Positions 51,574-62,167 of a stretch of 64,000 bases of DNA are shown one piece after another; position 1 is the stretch's first letter; the number at the start of each line of letters is the position of its first letter. The translations under genes were made by a program, and so were the position numbers. Below the pieces are notes generated by a model. The model did not search any database. It worked only from the letters and a program-made list of their open reading frames with translations, and was not told the origin of the DNA. The stretch is from an uncultured Planctomycetota bacterium (GTDB lineage: Bacteria > Planctomycetota > Planctomycetia > Isosphaerales > Isosphaeraceae), in assembly GCA_963845755.1 (NCBI GenBank), contig CAWJTV010000022.1, positions 64,001 through 128,000 on the forward strand, given 5' to 3'.

Positions 51574-53988
51574 ATGTTTTCCAGCAGGCGGAACGATCGG
51601 CGGAGGAGCGGGCTGGCAACGATCGAGGCACGGAAACGGCGGCGGATACAGCCGACGTTGCTGGCGCTGGAGGACAGGCGGCTGCTGTCCAACATCGTCG
51701 TGACCAACACCGCCAGCAGCGGCACCGGCTCGTTGGCCTGGGCGGTCGGCCAGGCGAATTTGAACGGGGGCGCCGAGACGATCACTTTTGACAAAACGGT
51801 GTTCAAGACGGCACAGACCATCGACCTGAACGGCAGCCGGCTCGAGCTGAGCGACACGACCGGGACGGAGACGATCACGGGTCCCAAAGCGGGCGTTACC
51901 GTCAACGGCGGTGGCCTGAGCGGGGTGTTCGCGATCGACCCGGGTGTCAAGGCGTCGATCTCGGGACTGACGATCACCGGCGGCAGCACCGGGGGCTGCG
52001 GCGGCGGGGTGGATAACTCCCTTGGCACGGTCGCGTTGACCAACTGCACCGTCAGCGGCAACTCCTCAGTCGGTAACGGCGGCGGGGTGTATAACCTCTC
52101 TGGCACGGTCGCGTTGACCAACTGCACGATCAGCGGCAACTCGTGCGCCAACGGTAACGGCGGCGGTCTCAACAACTACACGGGCATTGCCAAGCTGACC
52201 AACTGCACGATCAGCGGCAACTCCGCCAACAGCGAAGGCGGCGGTCTGATAAACTCCGGCACGGCCACGCTGACCAATTGCAGCGTCAACGGCAACTTCG
52301 TCAATGGGGAAGGGGGCGGCATGGACAACTTCAGCATTGCCACGCTGACCAATTGCACCATCAGCGGCAACTCGGTCGGCTTTTTCGGCGGTGGTGGCCT
52401 GTACATCCACGGCGTTGGCACAACCAAGCTTCGCAATTGCACCGTCAGCGGCAACTCCGCCCCATACGGCGGTGGCCTGTATGTCAATGGCGAAAGCACG
52501 GCCACGCTGACCATTTGCACCGTCAGCGGCAACTCTGCCAAAGTCGGGGGTGGCATCCATGACAATGGCACGGCCACGCTGACCAATTGCACCGTCAGCG
52601 GCAACCAGGCCAACGCGGGGGGCGGCATCCTGATGGAGGGCGGCGGTGCCGTCAGCATCAGCAATTGCAAGTTGACCGGCAACGAGGCCCTCGGCACTCC
52701 AGCCGGCGGTGGGTACGGCGGCGCCATCGAGGACATGTCATCCTCGTCCGGCACGCTGACCGTCACCAATAGCACCTTCGACGCCAACGAGGCCATCGCC
52801 GTCGGTCCCAACGATCCCATCGTCAGTCCCTCCTACATCTTCGCAGCGGGCGGCGCGATCGACCTGAATCTGGCCAGTACCGGCTCGGCCACGATCAGCA
52901 ACAGCACGTTCACCGGCAACGAGGCGCTCGGCGGCAGCCCCGGCGCCAGTGCGGGCGGAGGGGCGCTCAGCAATTCCAGCAACGTGGGTGCGACCCTGAC
53001 CGTCACGGACTGCACGCTCAAGGACAACGAAGCCCTCGGTGCGGCCGACGGTGACGGTGTAACCAACTTCGGCTCCGGCCAGGGCGGCGGCATCAACAGT
53101 ATCGGCACCTTGACCGTTAGCGATTCGACCCTGACCGACAACCTGGCCCAGGGCGCGCCTCTGGCAGCGGACGTCGTCCCCTCGCAGGCAGTCTTGAGCA
53201 ACAGTGCGACCGCCGGCGGCGGCATCTTCTGCCTCGACCTCGCCGGCGGCCCCGTGCTGATTGCCGACAGCACGCTCACCGGCAATCAGGCGGTCGGCGG
53301 CTCCGGGCCGGCGCCGGCCCTCGCCGAAGGAGGCGGCATCTCCCTGGTCCTCGTTCCTTCCGGCCTCGTGGCCGACTGTACGGTCAACAACAACGTGGCT
53401 CAGGGCGGGGCCGGCGGCGCGGGCACGGCCGGCGCCGACGGCGTGAGCGGTGGCATCGACCTGTCGGGTGGCTCGGTCGTGACCGTCACCAACACCACCG
53501 TCAATCAAAACCAGGCCATCGGCGGCGCCGGCGGCGCCGGTGCCAATGGCGGCTCCGGCGTGGGCGGCGGCATCAACGTCGGCACCGGCTTCATCCTTTT
53601 CGGTGCCCCCGACAACTCCTCGCTGACGCTCATCGACTGCACACTTAACAAGAATGAGGCCATCGGCGGCGCCGGCGGTTCGGGCGCCAGCGGCGGCGAC
53701 GCCTGGGGCGGCGGACTGTCGGTCCTGACCGGTTCCGCCGCCCTTACCAACTGCACGGTCCACGCCAACCAGGCCAACGGCGCGAATGCCTACGGCGGCG
53801 GGATTTATGCCCTCGACAGCACCGTGGACGTGGAGAATTCCACCGTCAACGGCAACCAGGCCAACGGCTCGGTGGACGGCGAAGGTGGAGGGATTTATGC
53901 CTATGACACCACCTTGACTCTCGTGAACACGACCGTGAAAGGCAACAAGGCCACGACCGCCTACAGCAATATCTTCGACGGCCCGTGA
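51574..53988 (+). CDS. Secreted right-handed beta-helix repeat protein
   Basis: PTLLALEDRRLL export motif; VVTNT..GSL; many TLTNCT(V/I)SGNS..GGG and Gly-rich repeats. Confidence 0.88.
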   Translation: MFSSRRNDRRRSGLATIEARKRRRIQPTLLALEDRRLLSNIVVTNTASSGTGSLAWAVGQANLNGGAETITFDKTVFKTAQTIDLNGSRLELSDTTGTETITGPKAGVTVNGGGLSGVFAIDPGVKASISGLTITGGSTGGCGGGVDNSLGTVALTNCTVSGNSSVGNGGGVYNLSGTVALTNCTISGNSCANGNGGGLNNYTGIAKLTNCTISGNSANSEGGGLINSGTATLTNCSVNGNFVNGEGGGMDNFSIATLTNCTISGNSVGFFGGGGLYIHGVGTTKLRNCTVSGNSAPYGGGLYVNGESTATLTICTVSGNSAKVGGGIHDNGTATLTNCTVSGNQANAGGGILMEGGGAVSISNCKLTGNEALGTPAGGGYGGAIEDMSSSSGTLTVTNSTFDANEAIAVGPNDPIVSPSYIFAAGGAIDLNLASTGSATISNSTFTGNEALGGSPGASAGGGALSNSSNVGATLTVTDCTLKDNEALGAADGDGVTNFGSGQGGGINSIGTLTVSDSTLTDNLAQGAPLAADVVPSQAVLSNSATAGGGIFCLDLAGGPVLIADSTLTGNQAVGGSGPAPALAEGGGISLVLVPSGLVADCTVNNNVAQGGAGGAGTAGADGVSGGIDLSGGSVVTVTNTTVNQNQAIGGAGGAGANGGSGVGGGINVGTGFILFGAPDNSSLTLIDCTLNKNEAIGGAGGSGASGGDAWGGGLSVLTGSAALTNCTVHANQANGANAYGGGIYALDSTVDVENSTVNGNQANGSVDGEGGGIYAYDTTLTLVNTTVKGNKATTAYSNIFDGP

Positions 53989-54054
53989 GATCTCCCCGAC
54001 CCGACTGAGCGCCGGGCCCTCCCGGTCGCGAGCTGCGTGATTGCCCGTCCATGA

Positions 54055-54094
54055 AAGGTGTCCGGAACCGCCGTGATCGCGTTCCGGACACCTT
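54055..54094. repeat. REP-like hairpin AAGGTGTCCGGAAC...GTTCCGGACACCTT
   Basis: Perfect 14-bp stem downstream of the beta-helix gene; could also act as a terminator. Related imperfect hairpins at ~11190-11230 and ~12903-12945. Confidence 0.65.
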
Positions 54095-54383
54095 CTTTTC
54101 GGGCTCGCGAACCGGGGCAAAGAAGAGGGTGGCCAACGCCAGGAGGAGCGAAACTCAAGGGTACGGGACTCATTGTTCCCGGAATGAAAGCGACTCCCGC
54201 CTCCTTATCTGTCCGCGAGGGCCATGAGTGCGGAGGGCGTGTGGTCGATCCGATTTCCCCTGGCCGGCAATGAGCCGCACCGACGGGTTTGGCGCCTCGC
54301 GTACGCGCCGAACCATCCCGCCCAGGATGTTCGAGTTCCTGGTCGTGCGACCGAGCCGGTCCTTTGCGATGAGGAGGGAAGTC

Positions 54384-55046
54384 ATGAATGGAAATCCGCG
54401 CGTCAACCTGTGTTCGTGGGAAGAGCGACTGCTCGGCCACCCAGGGACGTTGAGAAGGACACTCACCATCCCGGTTCTGATCATGCTCGGAGCGGGGGTG
54501 GCCTACGTGAAGATTGACCACGCCACCCAGCCCCGTAAGGAACAGGCCGGGCACCTGGGCGCGGTCCTGTCGGACATGGCGGTTCCCGAGCCGCTCTTGC
54601 TCGAAGCGCAAAGAAGAGGGGAGAGGCCGGTTTTCACCGACTTCGGCGCCTACGAGGAGTTCCTCCTGAAACATGGACTCGCGGAGGGCGTCCTCATCAT
54701 CAGGGTCCGCTCCAGGGAAAGCAACTTCCTCTACGACGCGTTCCCGCCCTTGCGTGATCGCAACACGTTCTCCACCCTCACGGCCACCCTGCCGGATCTG
54801 GTTTCGGATCGGGGGGAGGAGTGCGAGCTTCGCCACCGCGTCCGCGTCTATCCCCTGCCTGTCATGCGGCTGTCAAGTCGGTCGGCCGCGGAGGGCGCCC
54901 TCGATGCGGGAGTTTTCCCCTCGCTGCGAAGGGAATGCCGTGATTCCGAAGACTCCCGAGCGGTCGAGGAACGCACGTTTCCACGGCCTTCGAATGGCGA
55001 GAGGCAGGTAGCGGGCAGCTCCGGCGCACGAGCGAAGTGGCGATGA
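54384..55046 (+). CDS. Hypothetical protein with N-terminal TM helix
   Basis: GAGGAGGG RBS; LTIPVLIMLGAGVAYV helix; no family recognised. Confidence 0.5.
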   Translation: MNGNPRVNLCSWEERLLGHPGTLRRTLTIPVLIMLGAGVAYVKIDHATQPRKEQAGHLGAVLSDMAVPEPLLLEAQRRGERPVFTDFGAYEEFLLKHGLAEGVLIIRVRSRESNFLYDAFPPLRDRNTFSTLTATLPDLVSDRGEECELRHRVRVYPLPVMRLSSRSAAEGALDAGVFPSLRRECRDSEDSRAVEERTFPRPSNGERQVAGSSGARAKWR

Positions 55047-56644
55047 AGCCGAGGGAACGTCATACCGATCAATCCCAGGAAGAGCTGCTGCACCGAGCCG
55101 GGCGTGGTGTCGCGGTCCTGGATCTTTGAGGCCAGCCAACGCAAGCAATTCAGGCAAGCTCCCCGCCAGGCGCCACTTCTCCTCGAGCCAACGATCCAAC
55201 GAACGCGCCCACACGCTGGCGACTGGCTCTCGCCCAACAGGGCCCTCCGCAGGCGATCGAAACTGGCTCTGAATTCCGGTAGTCCCGCACTCGTGATAAA
55301 GCCAGCCCTTCTCCGGCCCAGAATGCCCGAGAATCGCCAGGGGAGCGAGGGGCGTCGCACGAACTGGTGGCGCCGGATCACCGGGAGTGGGGGAGAACCC
55401 GTTCGAAATCTCTCGCACTCCTGATGACGATGGTACCACTCAGGCCCTGAACGACCGAGAATCCCGTTAAGATGGGGACTCCTGTGCGAGTTGGCGGCCA
55501 TGGATCATCGAAAGTGGACGAGAGCCCGGATTCTCCGATCGGCCCCAAGAATCCTCAAACTCGACCGATTGTCGGGCGTCTCAAGGTGTTTCCACACTCA
55601 TTCAGAAAGTTCCGACCCATCCTCCTCGAGTCCACGGTCAAAAAATTAAGTTGAAAAATTTTAAAAGCCCATCCAATAACAACTTAGGGATCGAAAAAGT
55701 CGATTTCGAGGCATAGGTGCATTAATGAAATTTCAGAATTGCGGCATACTAAGATAGAGAAAGCGCAAATTGAGTCGGAATCACGGGCTTTGCCCCGCAT
55801 CAACAACGAGTTGCGGTCCTCATGGTCGGTTTTCACGCGTGATCGCCCACCGGGCAGACGGCCAACAAAGTAGAGCAGTGGCTGCCGTCGCCGAGGAGCC
55901 ATCGATCTCGAGCCAATCATCTCCAGACTGCGTGCATGTCCTTGTTTACTACGCGGTCACCCCAGGCGTGAAGTGCTCGAAATCGTGAGAGGAGCGGGTT
56001 GCACCGGTGCGGCTCAAGCATGGTACCAACGGCGAAGGCGCCGGTCCGGCGTGCTTTGAAATCGTGCAGAACGAACCGAACGCTGGAGTCGAGCGAGAGT
56101 TTTGCAAGAACTCGCGAAACGAGCCTCATGACGCCATGCGACACCCACACCGATGAAAATGGCGTCGAGCGGATTTCGGGCCCTGTGAATGGTCTCGGAC
56201 GTTTCTCTCTGGTGCCTTTGTATTTCGGCGGGGCTGGAGCCCCCCCGAAGCCCCAACTTTCAGAGCAACCCAAACTCAAGGGTGAGAAGCCGACGAGGGC
56301 CGGTCAAACACCTGTAAAACGAAGCCATCTGCCATATCGACAGCTTTTGTAACGCTCCAACGAACTTGCGAAACGAAGCCACCTGCCATATCGGCAGTTT
56401 TGCCGCGAGTTCGTTGGCATAGGGGGTAGAACGATCAGTGATCACCTGTCAATTTCCGAACCCAGGCGAGCACCTGCGGCGCCCTGGCCTGGATTGCCAT
56501 GAGGGCGTAGGTCCATCCCCAGAACAGCACCCATGCCAGCGCGATCCAGCCGCGCCAGTCCACGCGGTCTCGAGCCAGATTGGGTCTTGTATGTCTCTGT
56601 GCCATTCAACATCCCCTCGAATTGAGGGCCGAGACGGAGAGCCG

Positions 56645-58003
56645 TCAGAGGGGTGCGTGGGGCGACTCCGCGCGGTGAGTTCGGGACCACCAACGCATGG
56701 CGCTGCGGTAGACCCGGTCAGGATCCAGTCCGGACATGCAGGGGTGGTCGGCGAGCGGACAGACCTTCTGGTGGCACGGCTGGCAGGGGACGCGGCGGCG
56801 GATGGTGAGGGAATGTCGCGACCAGGGCCGCCACTGACGGGGTTGGTTGGTCCCGCTGAACAGGATGACCGAGAGCGTGCCGGCGGACGCCGCCAGGTGA
56901 GCCGGTCCGGAGTCCGCCCCGATAAACATGTCGGCACGCTCCAGGAGGGCGGTGGTCTGGGTGACGGTCAGGGTCCCGGTCCAGTCTCGGAGGCGGTCGT
57001 TCGGGGTCAAGCCTTCCGAGAGCGGGAGGTCATCGATCCCCCCAACGACGATCACCCGCCATCCGTCGGCGAGGAAGCGCGCGATCAGGGCGTTCCAGGA
57101 CTGGCGCGGCCAACGCTTGGCCGCATTGCCGGCCCCGAGATGGACGGCCACAAGGGGGGGCCGTGGCGAGAAGCGGCCGGCGTGCAGCCAGTCGGGCTCG
57201 TCGGGAACAGCACCCGGCACGGAGGTGGCGGGACGGGATTGTCGGTCGTCCGCGTGACGCCCGCGACGGGTCCGGGCATGGACCTCCAGCCGGCGCGAGC
57301 CGACGCTTCGCCGGGGCCAGGCTTCCACCAGCCGTCGGGCGACGATGACCCGGTCGTCGTCGGTCACGTGGACATCGACCCGCGCCGATTCGTCCGGAGC
57401 GATGCCCAACTGGGTCAGCAGGGCCAGCCGGGAGCGAACCTCATGGCGGCCGGGAATCCAGCCGGCGACGTCGGTCAGCAAGAAGGCCCCGCCGCCCATC
57501 GACCAGCCCACGCGGCGGCGGACTCCCGCCAGCGTCAGCACCATCACGCTGAGGACATCGCCACGCACGTCGATGCCGAGGTCGTAACCCATGCTCCGAA
57601 GCGAGCGACCGAGGCTCCAGACCGCGGTGGCCAGCGCCCAGCGGTCGGGCCGGCGCTCGAACCATGTCCGCTCGGCGACCCAGACCCGGTCGACCTGGGG
57701 ATCGGCCTCGAAGACCTCGTGATTGCTCGGAGAAGCCAGCACGTCGATCGCCGCCGCGGGATAGGCGGCCCTCAGCTCCGCGATCAGGGGCGTGCTGAGT
57801 ACCGCATCGCCGAGGTGGTCCAGTTGCACGACCAGGATCCGCCGCGGCGCGGTCACCGGCTGGGCCGGCCGGAATCGCCGCAGGATGGACACGGCGATCG
57901 TCCCCAGCAGGTCGAGCGCGCGGACCAGCAGCCGCCAGCGGAGCTTGCTGTAGCGGTACTTCCCGACCTGAACGGGCCTGGGCTTCACGCGCGACTGGGT
58001 CAT
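56645..58003 (-). CDS. Glycosyltransferase family 9 (heptosyltransferase-like)
   Basis: RILVVQLDHLGDAVLSTP, YDLGID, HLGAGNAAKRWP and FIGADSGPAHLAAS. Confidence 0.9.
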   Translation of the reverse strand: MTQSRVKPRPVQVGKYRYSKLRWRLLVRALDLLGTIAVSILRRFRPAQPVTAPRRILVVQLDHLGDAVLSTPLIAELRAAYPAAAIDVLASPSNHEVFEADPQVDRVWVAERTWFERRPDRWALATAVWSLGRSLRSMGYDLGIDVRGDVLSVMVLTLAGVRRRVGWSMGGGAFLLTDVAGWIPGRHEVRSRLALLTQLGIAPDESARVDVHVTDDDRVIVARRLVEAWPRRSVGSRRLEVHARTRRGRHADDRQSRPATSVPGAVPDEPDWLHAGRFSPRPPLVAVHLGAGNAAKRWPRQSWNALIARFLADGWRVIVVGGIDDLPLSEGLTPNDRLRDWTGTLTVTQTTALLERADMFIGADSGPAHLAASAGTLSVILFSGTNQPRQWRPWSRHSLTIRRRVPCQPCHQKVCPLADHPCMSGLDPDRVYRSAMRWWSRTHRAESPHAPL

Positions 58004-58021
58004 ACACCATCCGGTCTGTGT

Positions 58022-58079
58022 GAGGTGGGTGAAAACCCACCGGTATCGGGCCATTTCCCTGGTGGGTTTCACCCACCCT
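58022..58079. repeat. Paired inverted REP-like hairpins
   Basis: GGTGGGTGAAAACCCACC ... GGTGGGTTTCACCCACCC between the GT9 and GT4 genes. Confidence 0.6.
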
Positions 58080-58081
58080 TC

Positions 58082-59206
58082 TTAGCGACCAATCTGGTCA
58101 TAGACCTCCGCCGTGACCTGGGCCACATGAGGCCAGAGATAGTGGGTCGCGACCCAGGGCGCCAGCCGAGGGTCGGGGCCATCCTCCCAGCATGCCTTGA
58201 GGCTGCGTCGAATCTCCTCGGGGCGGTCGGGACGAGCGTACGCGACCAGGCCGCCGAAGTAATCCCGGGTCGATCCGAATGGCGTGATCATCACGGAGCA
58301 ACCCGCCAGCGCGGCCTCCAGGGCGGCCAGGCCGGGCGTCTCGAACCAGCTCGGCAAGGCGAAGACGCGCGCCGCGGAGTAGGCCGAGGCCAGGACGGCG
58401 TCGTGGTGGTCCAGCCGTCCCAGCCAGGTCACCAAGCCCTCGCCGGCCTGCCGGCACTTCTGGGCATACCCCCGGTACCCAGGCGCCGCCTCGCCGATGA
58501 CGACCAGCGGCAGCCCCAGCCGTCGGATCGCCTGGACCAGGCCCAGCGTGTTCTTCCGCGGCTCGATCCGCCCGACCGAGAGGACGAAGGGATCCGGCCC
58601 CCATCGCTCGCGGAACGGTTCCGGAGTGGCCGTGCCGAACGCCGGGAGCACGCCGTTGGGTACGATGTGGAAGCGCTCCCGCGCGACGCCGAAGAGCCTC
58701 GCCAACTGGTCGGCCTCGGCCCGCGAGTTCGGCAAGACTGCATCGGCCAGGTGCAGCAACTCGCGACGCCAGGAGGGGACGCGGTGGGTGAGGCGTCGCA
58801 AGCACCAGGCCGCCAGCCCCACGGCCTTCCGCGCGGGATGCGTCTCGAGCGCGGCCAACGCGCGGGGTTCGTACCAGCAGATCGGCGAGAGGACGACCGG
58901 GACGCGGCGGGTCCGGGCCAGGCGGGCCAGCTCGAGCCCCTCGCGCGACATCCCGAAGAGGTGGAGCAACCGGGCCGACTCGAGGCGATCGATCCACGGC
59001 GAGAACAGACGGACCGGGACGTCCAGCGACTCGAGGTGCCGCGCAGTCTGCACCAGTTGATTCTCGCCGCCGCCGGGCGCCTGGAACGCGACGGCCGGCG
59101 CGTGCAGAAAGACTGCTCCCGCCGGGCACTCGCGCCGGTTCCGGGATGCCAGCCACGACTCCGTCGTCGCCGGGGCCGTCCGGGTGATCGGATGGTTTCG
59201 CCTCAT
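58082..59206 (-). CDS. Glycosyltransferase family 4
   Basis: PGGGENQL, IVPNGV, VLSVGRIEPRKN and FALPSWFETPGLAALEA. Confidence 0.9.
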   Translation of the reverse strand: MRRNHPITRTAPATTESWLASRNRRECPAGAVFLHAPAVAFQAPGGGENQLVQTARHLESLDVPVRLFSPWIDRLESARLLHLFGMSREGLELARLARTRRVPVVLSPICWYEPRALAALETHPARKAVGLAAWCLRRLTHRVPSWRRELLHLADAVLPNSRAEADQLARLFGVARERFHIVPNGVLPAFGTATPEPFRERWGPDPFVLSVGRIEPRKNTLGLVQAIRRLGLPLVVIGEAAPGYRGYAQKCRQAGEGLVTWLGRLDHHDAVLASAYSAARVFALPSWFETPGLAALEAALAGCSVMITPFGSTRDYFGGLVAYARPDRPEEIRRSLKACWEDGPDPRLAPWVATHYLWPHVAQVTAEVYDQIGR

Positions 59207-60703
59207 ACGCCGATCCTCGCTCGCTTGAGCTTCCACCATCTCAGCCCGCGCTTGACCCGGTTTGGCAGCGACGAGCGAGGGATTTCCGCGAGGGGCGTCA
59301 CCGTCTCCCAGTCGATCGCGGTCTGCACAGCGCCCTTGAAGCTCAACGGCCTGCGGTCGATCTGGGGCGGGTCGGGGATCGGTCGCCGTGCCGCCGCTCC
59401 GCTCGTAGACCAGCCCGGTGAGACTCAGCGACATCCGCGGTCCCGTCACCGGCAGGGCGCAATGGAAGTCCCCGCGATGGATCTCCAGGGCAAACGGGTA
59501 TTCACCGTCCCACTCGTCGAACTGGATATCCAACCGCTGTCCCTCCCGGGGAATGACCAGCCACTTCCGCTCGGCACGCCAGCGCCACCAGCGCGCCAGG
59601 TCCGTGAAGGTCGCCCGCCAGACCAGGGGCCGGCTGGTCACCACCTGCGTGAGAATTCGCAAGATCTCGGGCATCCGGCCGAGCCGGCGCTCGGGATGTC
59701 CGTAGGCGATGGCGAGCTCTCCGGCATCCAGCCGCGCGGCGACGACCTGGCCGAGGGCCTCGCCGATGACGCGGGGGTCGGCGATGCCGGCCTCGAGGAA
59801 CAGCCCCTCGCAGACCGGATGCACGGGGATCTGGAGGATTCGCGAGAACCGGTCGCCCTTCCAGGGGTAGAACGGGAGGTCGTCGTAGCCGACCTGGAAG
59901 TCCGAGGAGTAGAGGTAGCCGAAGTCCTCGAGGGCGTCGTCAAGGCCGGGACTCCATCGGCCGTGCGGTCCGGCGAAGCCGCACGGCTCGACGCCGAAAG
60001 TCCGGAGGATCCGATGGGCACGCTCCAGATTGATCCGGTTGGCCTCCGGCTCGCGATAGACGTGATGAAAGTGTCCGTGCGATTGCGTGTCGCAATCCCG
60101 CAAGTCGCGGAGGACCGTCGGATGATGGGCGTAAGCCTGTGTGCTGACGAAATGGGTGCAGCAGTCGGCCAGCGGTTTCCTGGCAGCGGCGAAGCGGTGG
60201 TAGTCCTCGGGCAGGGTCTCGTCGAGGTCGGCCCGAAAACTGAAGGCCGAGCGATAGGGATAGGGAAAAGGAGCCAGCCGGATCCACACACCACCCGCCC
60301 GGGTCACGGCCTCGCGCGAGCCGGGCGACCAGGCGACGGCGGATCCACGCCTTGGGATCTCGCGAGACCCGTTCGTGGATCCGATGCTCGCCCACGGCCC
60401 AGGAGGCGCGTGCGCCGACCGATGGCCGGCCAGGGCGACGAACGGGTCGCAGGGCTCGCCTTCTCGCAGGTTATCGACATCGATCAAGACGTGTTCCGAG
60501 GTCAAGAGGCCGACGAGCGATCCTCGGGGCGTAGTGTGGCCGTCGAACAGGACGAACCGACCGCTGCGGAACGAGAGGGGGTGGGCATCCTTGACTGTCT
60601 CGAACGGCACGCCTTCCTGGGCGAGCATCAGCTCCAGGCCGGGCGGCGTGCGCCAGAGCAACAGCGGCAGTGATGCGGGAATCGATGAGTAGCGTGGTTT
60701 CAT
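59203..60703 (-). CDS. Polysaccharide deacetylase-like protein (frameshifts)
   Basis: FSFRADLDE, QSHGHFH, GFAGPHG, YLYSSDF and YGHPE NodB-like motifs. Confidence 0.75.
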
Positions 60704-61403
60704 GCGAGTCCTCCGGGCGTCCGCGCCGTCCATGCCGCGAAGAGTCGCGCGGCCGGCACCTGTTGGAACGGGAACCGGCCCGCCTCGACTCTCGAGAGCA
60801 GGTGGACGACCCGGACCTCGGCGAACCGGCGCTCCAGCCGCCGGCGCAGGCCGCCCGGCCGGAACCAACGCTCCCGCACCATCCCGCGATGGGGGTACAT
60901 CCACCGGCCGCGCCGTTCGTCGATCCACTTCACCGCCACACTGGGCAGCCAGCGGCGCCGCGCGTTCAAGGAATACACGTTCTTGTTGACCACGACGAAC
61001 GTCCCGCCCGGCCGGAGCACGCGACGCACCTCGGCACAGGCCGCGTCGACCGCGCCGGGGGCGAGGTGTTCGAACACCTCCACGGCGATGGCGGCATCGA
61101 AGGTTGACGGCCCGAAGGGGAGCCGGCGCGCGACGCTCGCACGCGATCCCATCCCGCCCCGTCGGTCCCGGCGAGCATCGCCGGGGACACGTCGAGCCCG
61201 ACCACGCTCGCCCCGCGATCTCCCAGCGCCCGGGCGAACCGCCCTTTACCGCAGCCCAGGTCGAGGACCCGACGGCCGGCCAGCGGACGCAGACATCCGA
61301 GAATACTGAGGAGGCGCGGGTCGTCCACGGCAACCTCGTCCTTGAACCGCGCGTGCAGGGCGTCGAACCGCGCGGCGACGGCCGCTTCGTAATCCGCGAT
61401 CAT
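60700..61403 (-). CDS. Class I SAM-dependent methyltransferase (frameshift ~61150)
   Basis: VLDLGCGKG, GLDVS, LPF..STFDA and RVLRPGG. Confidence 0.85.
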
Positions 61404-62167
61404 GGGGTCCTCCCCGCCAGGGTCAGCTCGCGGTGCTTCCAGGCCCGCACCGCCGCCGACACGCCCGAGAACAGGCAGAACATGAACCCCTCGACGCCGT
61501 CGCGGAACCCCTGCTTGAGCACATAAAGCTTAAAGAAGGTCCAGAATGGATGAATCGCCAGGTCGGTCGTCCGATAGGCCCGCCGAGCGGCGGCCAACCC
61601 CGCGGCCTCCAGCGTCGTGTAATTATTGATCTTCTCCAGGAAGATCCGCATGGTGGGGATTGTCCGGTGTCGCAGGTCATTGTGGACAGCGCCAGCGACT
61701 CCGCGGAGCTCGACGATCTCATGGACCAGGCCGACCCATCGTCCGGAATCGCGCCGGAAGAGGCGCAACGGCAGGTCGTGCTGGGTCCCGGAGAAGCCGA
61801 AGCGGCGGCCGAGGATCTCGCTGCGAATCGGCACGCGGTATCCCTGGTATGGGGCATCGGGATCCGCGATGACCCGCCGGATCTCGGCGGCCAGCGCGGG
61901 AGTGATGCGCTCGTCGGCATCCAAGGACAACACCCAGTCGCCCGACGCCAGGGCCAGCGCGGCGTTTCGCTGGCCGGCGAAGTCGTCAAAGGCCCGGACC
62001 GATACCACGTCCGCGACGCGCCGGGCGATCTCCGCGGTGGCGTCGCGACTGGTCGCGTTGACCACGACGACGCGCTCGTCGGCCCACGCTGCCGCCGCGA
62101 GGCAATCGGCGAGGTTGTGCGCCTCATCCTTGGCCACCACCAGCACCGAGATCCGGGGCTCAGGCAT
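61400..62167 (-). CDS. Glycosyltransferase family 2 (LPS beta-glucosyltransferase-like)
   Basis: ISVLVVAKDE, FAGQRNAAL, WVLSLDADE, RLFR, VHE and GFRDGVEG. Confidence 0.9.
   Translation of the reverse strand: MPEPRISVLVVAKDEAHNLADCLAAAAWADERVVVVNATSRDATAEIARRVADVVSVRAFDDFAGQRNAALALASGDWVLSLDADERITPALAAEIRRVIADPDAPYQGYRVPIRSEILGRRFGFSGTQHDLPLRLFRRDSGRWVGLVHEIVELRGVAGAVHNDLRHRTIPTMRIFLEKINNYTTLEAAGLAAARRAYRTTDLAIHPFWTFFKLYVLKQGFRDGVEGFMFCLFSGVSAAVRAWKHRELTLAGRTP

Noticed and set aside
56317..56402. Two ~32-nt direct repeats as a mini-CRISPR
   Set aside because: Only two imperfect copies, a short spacer and no cas genes; kept only as a low-interest repeat.
56438..60673. 1411-aa plus-strand ORF
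   Set aside because: Antisense shadow of the minus-strand GT9/GT4/deacetylase genes, with no recognisable motifs.
58082..61333. 1083-aa methyltransferase-deacetylase-GT4 fusion ORF
   Set aside because: Artefact of frameshifts linking separate overlapping genes, each with its own start and stop (59206, 60703, 61403).
1392..61403. Widespread frameshifts read as mass pseudogenisation or programmed frameshifting
   Set aside because: They also hit normally essential genes (holB, tmk), are mostly single-base indels in GC runs, and leave both halves intact. This is best explained as long-read consensus error.
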